Positions 44,270 to 56,511 of a DNA stretch of 64,000 nucleotides are shown one piece after another. Each line of letters starts with the position of its first letter. Position 1 is the stretch's first letter. The position numbers and the translations under genes were made by a program. The stretch lies in assembly GCA_964057225.1 (NCBI GenBank), contig OZ059896.1:21204001-21268000 (forward strand), given 5' to 3'. This stretch comes from Auanema rhodensis (taxonomy: Eukaryota > Animalia > Nematoda). The notes beneath the pieces are model-generated. The model did not search any database and was not told where the DNA came from. It worked only from the letters and a program-made list of their open reading frames with translations.

Positions 44270-47200
44270 AGTTATGATCGTTTGAAAAATGATGCATTAG
44301 TGTATGTTGAGTTTCCATGTACACTCAACATTGCTTCCAAAAACATTTTGACAAAAATTTTTTCGAAAAATTTCAAAATAATTTAGCAAAAAGTAGATGT
44401 TTTTAGATTCCTTTTTTCAAGGCAAAGACGATAGACAATGTTATTCAACGAAAAAATTAATTCTTCAGGGTGAAAATCGAGGATATAAGTGTGAACTTAT
44501 ATCAGTTGATATCTCGGAGCATTTTTAAGCTAGCGCAAATCTGATAACACAGATTGACGCAGCTTAAAAATCCGCATCGAATGCACTATACTACATTGAG
44601 AAACGCTCAATACAAAAATTAGTTATGATTGTTTGAAAAATGATGCATTAGTGTATGTTGAGTTTCCATGTACACTCAACATTGCTTCCAAAAACATTTT
44701 GACAAAAATTTTTTCGAAAAATTTCAAAATAATTTAGCAAAAAGTAGATGTTTTTAGATTCCTTTTTTCAAGGCAAAGACGATGGACAATGTTATTCAAC
44801 GAAAAAATTAATTCTTCAGGGTGAAAATCGAGGATATAAGTGTGAACTTATATCAGTTGATATCTCGGTGCATTTTTAAGCTAGCGCAAATCTGATAACA
44901 CAGATCGACGCAGCTTTAAAATCCGCATCGAATGCACTATACTACATTGAGAAACACTTAATACAAAAATTAGTTCTGATCGTTTGAAAAATGATGCATT
45001 AGTGTATGTTGAGTTTCCATGTACACTCAACATTGCTTCCAAAAACATTTTGACAAAAATTTTTTCGAAAAATTTCAAAATAATTTAGCAAAACGTAGAT
45101 GTTTTTAGATTCCATTTTTCAAGGCAAAGACGATGGACAATGTTATTCAACGAAAAAATTAATTCTTCAGGGTGAAAATCGAGGATATAAGTGTGAACTT
45201 ATATCAGTTGATATCTCGGTGCATTTTTAAGCTAGCGCAAATCTGATAACACAGATCGACGCAGCTTAAAAATCCGCATCGAATGCACTATACTACATTG
45301 AGAAACACTTAATACAAAAATTAGTTATGATCGTTTGAAAAATGATGCATTAGTGTATGTTGAGTTTCCATGTACACTCAACATTGCTTCCAAAAACATT
45401 TTGACAAAAATTTTTTCTAAAAATTTCAAAATAATTTAGCAAAAAGTAGATGTTTTTAGATTCCTTTCTTCAAGGCAAAGACGATAGACAATGTTATTCA
45501 ACGAAAAAATTAATTCTTCAGGGTGAAAATCGAGGATATAAGTGTGAACTTATATCAGTTGATATCTCGGAGCATTTTTAAGCTAGCGCAAATCTGATAA
45601 CACAGATTGACGCAGCTTAAAAATCCGCATCGAATGCACTATACTACATTGAGAAACGCTCAATACAAAAATTAGTTATGATTGTTTGAAAAATGATGCA
45701 TTAGTGTATGTTGAGTTTCCATGTACACTCAACATTGCTTCCAAAAACATTTTGACAAAAATTTTTTCGAAAAATTTCAAAATAATTTAGCAAAACGTAG
45801 ATGTTTTTAGACTCCATTTTTCAAGGCAAAGACGATGGACAATGTTATTCAACGAAAAAATTAATTCTTCAGGGTGAAAATCGAGGATATAAGTGTGAAC
45901 TTATATCAGTTGATATCTCGGTGCATTTTTAAGCTAGCGCAAATCTGATAACACAGATCGACGCAGCTTAAAAATCCGCATCGAATGCACTATACTACAT
46001 TGAGAAACACTTAATACAAAAATTAGTTATGATCGTTTGAAAAATGATGCATTAGTGTATGTTGAGTTTCCATGTACACTCAACATTGCTTCCAAAAACA
46101 TTTTGACAAAAATTTTTTCGAAAAATTTCAAAATAATTTAGCAAAAAGTAGATGTTTTTAGATTCCATTTCTCAAGGCAAAGACGATGGACAATGTTATT
46201 CAACAAAAAAATTAATTCTTCAGGGTGAAAATCGAGGATATAAGTGTGAACTTATATCAGTTGATATCTCGGTGCATTTTTAAGCTAGCGCAAATCTGAT
46301 AAAACAGATCGACGCAGCTTAAAAATCCGCATCGAATGCACTATACTACATTGAGAAACGCTTGATACAAAAATTAGTTATGATCGTTTGAAAAATGATG
46401 CATTAGTGTATGTTGAGTTTCCATGTACACTCAACATTGCTTCCAAAAACATTTTGACAAAAATTCTTTCGAAAAATTTCAAAATAATTTAGCAAAAAGT
46501 AGATGTTTTTAGATTCCATTTCTCAAGGCAAAGACGATGGACAATGTTATTCAACGAAAAAATTAATTCTTCAGGGTGAAAATCGAGGATATAAGTGTGA
46601 ACTTATATCAGTTGATATCTCGGTGCATTTTTAAGCTAGCGCAAATCTGATAACACAGATCGACGCAGCTTAAAAATCCGCATCGAATGCACTATACTAC
46701 ATTGAGAAACACTTAATACAAAAATTAGTTATGATCGTTTGAAAAATGATGCATTAGTGTATGTTGAGTTTCCATGTACACTCAACATTGCTTCCAAAAA
46801 CATTTTGACAAAAATTTTTTCGAAAAATTTCAAAATAATTTAGCAAAAAGTAGATGTTTTTAGATTCCATTTCTCAAGGCAAAGACGATGGACAATGTTA
46901 TTCAACAAAAAAATTAATTCTTCAGGGTGAAAATCGAGGATATAAGTGTGAACTTATATCAGTTGATATCTCGGTGCATTTTTAAGCTAGCGCAAATCTG
47001 ATAAAACAGATCGACGCAGCTTAAAAATCCGCATCGAATGCACTATACTACATTGAGAAACGCTTGATACAAAAATTAGTTATGATCGTTTGAAAAATGA
47101 TGCATTAGTGTATGTTGAGTTTCCATGTACACTCAACATTGCTTCCAAAAACATTTTGACAAAAATTCTTTCGAAAAATTTCAAAATAATTTAGCAAAAA

Positions 47201-50200
47201 GTAGATGTTTTTAGATTCCATTTCTCAAGGCAAAGACGATGGACAATGTTATTCAACGAAAAAATTAATTCTTCAGGGTGAAAATCGAGGATATAAGTGT
47301 GAACTTATATCAGTTGATATCTCGGTGCATTTTTAAGCTAGCGCAAATCTGATAACACAGATCGACGCAGCTTAAAAATCCGCATCGAATGCACTATACT
47401 ACATTGAGAAACACTTAATACAAAAATTAGTTATGATCGTTTGAAAAATGATGCATTAGTGTATGTTGAGTTTCCATGTACACTCAACATTGCTTCCAAA
47501 AACATTTTGACAAAAATTTTTTCGAAAAATTTCAAAATAATTTAGCAAAAAGTAGATGTTTTTAGATTCCATTTCTCAAGGCAAAGACGATGGACAATGT
47601 TATTCAACGAAAAAATTAATTCTTCAGGGTGAAAATCGAGGATATAAGTGTGAACTTATATCAGTTGATATCTCGGTGCATTTTTAAGCTAGCGGAAATC
47701 TGATAAAACAGATCGACGCAGCTTAAAAATCCGCATCGAATGCACTATACTACATTGAGAAACGCTTGATACAAAAATTAGTTATGATCGTTTGAAAAAT
47801 GATGCATTAGTGTATGTTGAGTTTCCATGTACACTCAACATTGCTTCCAAAAACATTTTGACAAAAATTTTTTCGAAAAATTTCAAAATAATTTAGCAAA
47901 AAGTAGATGTTTTTAGATTCCATTTCTCAAGGCAAAGACGATGGACAATGTTATTCAACGAAAAAATTAATTCTTCAGGGTGAAAATCGAGGATATAAGT
48001 GTGAACTTATATCAGTTGATATCTCGGTGCATTTTCAAGCTAGCGCAAATCTGATAACACAGATCGACGCAGCTTAAAAATCCGGATCGAATGCACTATA
48101 CTACATTGAGAAACGCTCAATACAAAAATTAGTTATGATCGTTTGAAAAATGATGCATTAGTGTATGTTGAGTTTCCATGTACACTCAACATTGCTTCCA
48201 AAAACATTTTGACAAAAATTTTTTCGAAAAATTTCAAAATAATTTAGCAAAAAGTAGATGTTTTTAGATTCCGTTTTTCAAGGCAAAGACGATGGACAAT
48301 GTTATTCAACGAAAAAATTAATTCTTCAGGGTGAAAATCGAGGATATAAGTGTGAACTTATATCAGTTGATATCTCGGTGCATTTTTAAGCTAGCGCAAA
48401 TCTGATAACACAGATCGACGCAGCTTAAAAATCCGCATCGAATGCACTATACTACATTGAGAAACGCTTGATACAAAAATTAGTTATGATCGTTTGAAAA
48501 ATGATGCATTAGTGTATGTTGAGTTTCCATGTACACTCAACATTGCTTCCAAAAACATTTTGACAAAAATTTTTTCGAAAAATTTCAAAATAATTTAGCA
48601 AAAAGTAGATGTTTTTAGATTCCTTTTTTCAAGGCAAAGACGATAGACAATGTTATTCAACGAAAAAATTAATTCTTCAGGGTGAAAATCGAGGATATAA
48701 GTGTGAACTTATATCAGTTGATATCTCGGAGCATTTTTAAGCTAGCGCAAATCTGATAACACAGATCGACGCAGCTTAAAAATCCGCATCGAATGCACTA
48801 TACTACATTGAGAAACGCTTGATACAAAAATTAGTTATGATCGTTTGAAAAATGATGCATTAGTGTATGTTGAGTTTCCATGTACACTCAATATTGCTTC
48901 CAAAAACATTTTGACAAAAATTTTTTCGAAAAATTTCAAAATAATTTAGCAAAAAGTAGATGTTTTTAGATTCCATTTTTCAAGGCAAAGACGATGGACA
49001 ATGTTATTCAACGAAAAAATTAATTCTTCAGGATGAAAATCGAGGATATAAGTGTGAACTTATATCAGTTGATATCTCGGTGCATTTTTAAGCTAGCGCA
49101 AATCTGATAACACAGATCGACGCAGCTTAAAAATCCGCATCGAATGCACTATACTACATTGAGAAACGCTTAATACAAAAATTAGTTATGATCGTTTGAA
49201 AAATGATGCATTAGTGTATGTTGAGTTTCCATGTACACTCAACATTGCTTCCAAAAACATTTTGACAAAAATTTTTTCGAAAAATTTCAAAATAATTTAG
49301 CAAAAAGTAGATGTTTTTAGATTCCATTTTTCAAGGCAAAGACGATGGACAATGTTATTCAACGAAAAAATTAATTCTTCAGGGTGAAAATCGAGGATAT
49401 AAGTGTGAACTTATATCAGTTGATATCTCGGTGCATTTTTAAGCTAGCGCAAATCTGATAACACAGATCGACGCAGCTTAAAAATCCGGATCGAATGCAC
49501 TATACTACATTGAGAAACGCTTGATACAAAAATTAGTTATGATCGTTTGAAAAATGATGCATTAGTGTATGTTGAGTTTCCATGTACACTCAACATTGCT
49601 TCCAAAAACATTTTGACAAAACTTTTTTCGAAAAATTTCAAAATAATTTAGCAAAAAGTAGATGTTTTTAGATTCCATTTCTCAAGGCAAAGACGATGGA
49701 CAATGTTATTCAACGAAAAAATTTATTCTTCAGGGTGAAAATCGAGGATATAAGTGTGAACTTATATCAGTTGATATCTCGGTGCATTTTCAAGCTAGCG
49801 CAAATCTGATAACACAGATCGACGCAGCTTAAAAATCCGGATCGAATGCACTATACTACATTGAGAAACGCTCAATACAAAAATTAGTTATGATCGTTTG
49901 AAAAATGATGCATTAGTGTATGTTGAGTTTCCATGTACACTCAACATTGCTTCCAAAAACATTTTGACAAAAATTTTTTCGAAAAATTTCAAAATAATTT
50001 AGCAAAAAGTAGATGTTTTTAGATTCCTTTTTTCAAGGCAAAGACGATAGACAATGTTATTCAACGAAAAAATTAATTCTTCAGGGTGAAAATCGAGGAT
50101 ATAAGTGTGAACTTATATCAGTTGATATCTCGGAGCATTTTTAAGCTAGCGCAAATCTGATAACACAGATTGACGCAGCTTAAAAATCCGCATCGAATGC

Positions 50201-53200
50201 ACTATACTACATTGAGAAACGCTCAATACAAAAATTAGTTATGATTGTTTGAAAAATGATGCATTAGTGTATGTTGAGTTTCCATGTACACTCAACATTG
50301 CTTCCAAAAACATTTTGACAAAAATTTTTTCGAAAAATTTCAAAATAATTTAGCAAAAAGTAGATGTTTTTAGATTCCTTTTTTCAAGGCAAAGACGATG
50401 GACAATGTTATTCAACGAAAAAATTAATTCTTCAGGGTGAAAATCGAGGATATAAGTGTGAACTTATATCAGTTGATATCTCGGTGCATTTTTAAGCTAG
50501 CGCAAATCTGATAACACAGATCGACGCAGCTTTAAAATCCGCATCGAATGCACTATACTACATTGAGAAACACTTAATACAAAAATTAGTTCTGATCGTT
50601 TGAAAAATGATGCATTAGTGTATGTTGAGTTTCCATGTACACTCAACATTGCTTCCAAAAACATTTTGACAAAAATTTTTTCGAAAAATTTCAAAATAAT
50701 TTAGCAAAACGTAGATGTTTTTAGATTCCATTTTTCAAGGCAAAGACGATGGACAATGTTATTCAACGAAAAAATTAATTCTTCAGGGTGAAAATCGAGG
50801 ATATAAGTGTGAACTTATATCAGTTGATATCTCGGTGCATTTTTAAGCTAGCGCAAATCTGATAACACAGATCGACGCAGCTTAAAAATCCGCATCGAAT
50901 GCACTATACTACATTGAGAAACACTTAATACAAAAATTAGTTATGATCGTTTGAAAAATGATGCATTAGTGTATGTTGAGTTTCCATGTACACTCAACAT
51001 TGCTTCCAAAAACATTTTGACAAAAATTTTTTCGAAAAATTTCAAAATAATTTAGCAAAAAGTAGATGTTTTTAGATTCCTTTCTTCAAGGCAAAGACGA
51101 TAGACAATGTTATTCAACGAAAAAATTAATTCTTCAGGGTGAAAATCGAGGATATAAGTGTGAACTTATATCAGTTGATATCTCGGAGCATTTTTAAGCT
51201 AGCGCAAATCTGATAACACAGATTGACGCAGCTTAAAAATCCGCATCGAATGCACTATACTACATTGAGAAACGCTCAATACAAAAATTAGTTATGATTG
51301 TTTGAAAAATGATGCATTAGTGTATGTTGAGTTTCCATGTACACTCAACATTGCTTCCAAAAACATTTTGACAAAAATTTTTTCGAAAAATTTCAAAATA
51401 ATTTAGCAAAACGTAGATGTTTTTAGACTCCATTTTTCAAGGCAAAGACGATGGACAATGTTATTCAACGAAAAAATTAATTCTTCAGGGTGAAAATCGA
51501 GGATATAAGTGTGAACTTATATCAGTTGATATCTCGGTGCATTTTTAAGCTAGCGCAAATCTGATAACACAGATCGACGCAGCTTAAAAATCCGCATCGA
51601 ATGCACTATACTACATTGAGAAACACTTAATACAAAAATTAGTTATGATCGTTTGAAAAATGATGCATTAGTGTATGTTGAGTTTCCATGTACACTCAAC
51701 ATTGCTTCCAAAAACATTTTGACAAAAATTTTTTCGAAAAATTTCAAAATAATTTAGCAAAAAGTAGATGTTTTTAGATTCCATTTCTCAAGGCAAAGAC
51801 GATGGACAATGTTATTCAACAAAAAAATTAATTCTTCAGGGTGAAAATCGAGGATATAAGTGTGAACTTATATCAGTTGATATCTCGGTGCATTTTTAAG
51901 CTAGCGCAAATCTGATAAAACAGATCGACGCAGCTTAAAAATCCGCATCGAATGCACTATACTACATTGAGAAACGCTTGATACAAAAATTAGTTATGAT
52001 CGTTTGAAAAATGATGCATTAGTGTATGTTGAGTTTCCATGTACACTCAACATTGCTTCCAAAAACATTTTGACAAAAATTCTTTCGAAAAATTTCAAAA
52101 TAATTTAGCAAAAAGTAGATGTTTTTAGATTCCATTTCTCAAGGCAAAGACGATGGACAATGTTATTCAACGAAAAAATTAATTCTTCAGGGTGAAAATC
52201 GAGGATATAAGTGTGAACTTATATCAGTTGATATCTCGGTGCATTTTTAAGCTAGCGCAAATCTGATAACACAGATCGACGCAGCTTAAAAATCCGCATC
52301 GAATGCACTATACTACATTGAGAAACACTTAATACAAAAATTAGTTATGATCGTTTGAAAAATGATGCATTAGTGTATGTTGAGTTTCCATGTACACTCA
52401 ACATTGCTTCCAAAAACATTTTGACAAAAATTTTTTCGAAAAATTTCAAAATAATTTAGCAAAAAGTAGATGTTTTTAGATTCCATTTCTCAAGGCAAAG
52501 ACGATGGACAATGTTATTCAACAAAAAAATTAATTCTTCAGGGTGAAAATCGAGGATATAAGTGTGAACTTATATCAGTTGATATCTCGGTGCATTTTTA
52601 AGCTAGCGCAAATCTGATAAAACAGATCGACGCAGCTTAAAAATCCGCATCGAATGCACTATACTACATTGAGAAACGCTTGATACAAAAATTAGTTATG
52701 ATCGTTTGAAAAATGATGCATTAGTGTATGTTGAGTTTCCATGTACACTCAACATTGCTTCCAAAAACATTTTGACAAAAATTCTTTCGAAAAATTTCAA
52801 AATAATTTAGCAAAAAGTAGATGTTTTTAGATTCCATTTCTCAAGGCAAAGACGATGGACAATGTTATTCAACGAAAAAATTAATTCTTCAGGGTGAAAA
52901 TCGAGGATATAAGTGTGAACTTATATCAGTTGATATCTCGGTGCATTTTTAAGCTAGCGCAAATCTGATAACACAGATCGACGCAGCTTAAAAATCCGCA
53001 TCGAATGCACTATACTACATTGAGAAACACTTAATACAAAAATTAGTTATGATCGTTTGAAAAATGATGCATTAGTGTATGTTGAGTTTCCATGTACACT
53101 CAACATTGCTTCCAAAAACATTTTGACAAAAATTTTTTCGAAAAATTTCAAAATAATTTAGCAAAAAGTAGATGTTTTTAGATTCCATTTCTCAAGGCAA

Positions 53201-55780
53201 AGACGATGGACAATGTTATTCAACGAAAAAATTAATTCTTCAGGGTGAAAATCGAGGATATAAGTGTGAACTTATATCAGTTGATATCTCGGTGCATTTT
53301 TAAGCTAGCGGAAATCTGATAAAACAGATCGACGCAGCTTAAAAATCCGCATCGAATGCACTATACTACATTGAGAAACGCTTGATACAAAAATTAGTTA
53401 TGATCGTTTGAAAAATGATGCATTAGTGTATGTTGAGTTTCCATGTACACTCAACATTGCTTCCAAAAACATTTTGACAAAAATTTTTTCGAAAAATTTC
53501 AAAATAATTTAGCAAAAAGTAGATGTTTTTAGATTCCATTTCTCAAGGCAAAGACGATGGACAATGTTATTCAACGAAAAAATTAATTCTTCAGGGTGAA
53601 AATCGAGGATATAAGTGTGAACTTATATCAGTTGATATCTCGGTGCATTTTCAAGCTAGCGCAAATCTGATAACACAGATCGACGCAGCTTAAAAATCCG
53701 GATCGAATGCACTATACTACATTGAGAAACGCTCAATACAAAAATTAGTTATGATCGTTTGAAAAATGATGCATTAGTGTATGTTGAGTTTCCATGTACA
53801 CTCAACATTGCTTCCAAAAACATTTTGACAAAAATTTTTTCGAAAAATTTCAAAATAATTTAGCAAAAAGTAGATGTTTTTAGATTCCGTTTTTCAAGGC
53901 AAAGACGATGGACAATGTTATTCAACGAAAAAATTAATTCTTCAGGGTGAAAATCGAGGATATAAGTGTGAACTTATATCAGTTGATATCTCGGTGCATT
54001 TTTAAGCTAGCGCAAATCTGATAACACAGATCGACGCAGCTTAAAAATCCGCATCGAATGCACTATACTACATTGAGAAACGCTTGATACAAAAATTAGT
54101 TATGATCGTTTGAAAAATGATGCATTAGTGTATGTTGAGTTTCCATGTACACTCAACATTGCTTCCAAAAACATTTTGACAAAAATTTTTTCGAAAAATT
54201 TCAAAATAATTTAGCAAAAAGTAGATGTTTTTAGATTCCTTTTTTCAAGGCAAAGACGATAGACAATGTTATTCAACGAAAAAATTAATTCTTCAGGGTG
54301 AAAATCGAGGATATAAGTGTGAACTTATATCAGTTGATATCTCGGAGCATTTTTAAGCTAGCGCAAATCTGATAACACAGATCGACGCAGCTTAAAAATC
54401 CGCATCGAATGCACTATACTACATTGAGAAATGCTTGATACAAAAATTAGTTATGATCGTTTGAAAAATGATGCATTAGTGTATGTTGAGTTTCCATGTA
54501 CACTCAATATTGCTTCCAAAAACATTTTGACAAAAATTTTTTCGAAAAATTTCAAAATAATTTAGCAAAAAGTAGATGTTTTTAGATTCCATTTTTCAAG
54601 GCAAAGACGATGGACAATGTTATTCAACGAAAAAATTAATTCTTCAGGATGAAAATCGAGGATATAAGTGTGAACTTATATCAGTTGATATCTCGGTGCA
54701 TTTTTAAGCTAGCGCAAATCTGATAACACAGATCGACGCAGCTTAAAAATCCGCATCGAATGCACTATACTACATTGAGAAACGCTTAATACAAAAATTA
54801 GTTATGATCGTTTGAAAAATGATGCATTAGTGTATGTTGAGTTTCCATGTACACTCAACATTGCTTCCAAAAACATTTTGACAAAAATTTTTTCGAAAAA
54901 TTTCAAAATAATTTAGCAAAAAGTAGATGTTTTTAGATTCCATTTTTCAAGGCAAAGACGATGGACAATGTTATTCAACGAAAAAATTAATTCTTCAGGG
55001 TGAAAATCGAGGATATAAGTGTGAACTTATATCAGTTGATATCTCGGTGCATTTTTAAGCTAGCGCAAATCTGATAACACAGATCGACGCAGCTTAAAAA
55101 TCCGGATCGAATGCACTATACTACATTGAGAAACGCTTGATACAAAAATTAGTTATGATCGTTTGAAAAATGATGCATTAGTGTATGTTGAGTTTCCATG
55201 TACACTCAACATTGCTTCCAAAAACATTTTGACAAAACTTTTTTCGAAAAATTTCAAAATAATTTAGCAAAAAGTAGATGTTTTTAGATTCCATTTCTCA
55301 AGGCAAAGACGATGGACAATGTTATTCAACGAAAAAATTTATTCTTCAGGGTGAAAATCGAGGATATAAGTGTGAACTTATATCAGTTGATATCTCGGTG
55401 CATTTTCAAGCTAGCGCAAATCTGATAACACAGATCGACGCAGCTTAAAAATCCGGATCGAATGCACTATACTACATTGAGAAACGCTCAATACAAAAAT
55501 TAGTTATGATCGTTTGAAAAATGATGCATTAGTGTATGTTGAGTTTCCATGTACACTCAACATTGCTTCCAAAAACATTTTGACAAAAATTTTTTCGAAA
55601 AATTTCAAAATAATTTAGCAAAAAGTAGATGTTTTTAGATTCCTTTTTTCAAGGCAAAGACGATAGACAATGTTATTCAACGAAAAAATTAATTCTTCAG
55701 GGTGAAAATCGAGGATATAAGTGTGAACTTATATCAGTTGATATCTCGGAGCATTTTTAAGCTAGCGCAAATCTGATAAC
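44270..55780. repeat. 16-monomer (5616-bp) tandem duplication, block 2 (different monomer content; boundaries approximate)
   Basis: GCGGAAAT at 47695/53311, AAAACTTTT at 49622/55238, AGACTCC at 45812/51428 and ORF monomers at 44881/50497 are all 5616 apart. Confidence 0.92.
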
Positions 55781-56511
55781 ACAGATCGACGCAGCTTAAA
55801 AATCCGCATCGAATGCACTATACTACATTGAGAAACGCTTGATACAAAAATTAGTTATGATCGTTTGAAAAATGATGCATTAGTGTATGTTGAGTTTCCA
55901 TGTACACTCAATATTGCTTCCAAAAACATTTTGACAAAAATTTTTTCGAAAAATTTCAAAATAATTTAGCAAAAAGTAGATGTTTTTAGATTCCATTTTT
56001 CAAGGCAAAGACGATGGACAATGTTATTCAACGAAAAAATTAATTCTTCAGGATGAAAATCGAGGATATAAGTGTGAACTTATATCAGTTGATATCTCGG
56101 TGCATTTTTAAGCTAGCGCAAATCTGATAACACAGATCGACGCAGCTTAAAAATCCGCATCGAATGCACTATACTACATTGAGAAACGCTTAATACAAAA
56201 ATTAGTTATGATCGTTTGAAAAATGATGCATTAGTGTATGTTGAGTTTCCATGTACACTCAACATTGCTTCCAAAAACATTTTGACAAAAATTTTTTCGA
56301 AAAATTTCAAAATAATTTAGCAAAAAGTAGATGTTTTTAGATTCCATTTTTCAAGGCAAAGACGATGGACAATGTTATTCAACGAAAAAATTAATTCTTC
56401 AGGGTGAAAATCGAGGATATAAGTGTGAACTTATATCAGTTGATATCTCGGTGCATTTTTAAGCTAGCGCAAATCTGATAACACAGATCGACGCAGCTTA
56501 AAAATCCGCAT

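Noticed and set aside
34351-50694. Six identical 65-aa minus-strand ORFs as real CDS
   Set aside because: They lie wholly inside satellite monomers, start at TTG, exist only because one SNP removes a stop, and show no domain I recognise. Their identity reflects recent duplication.
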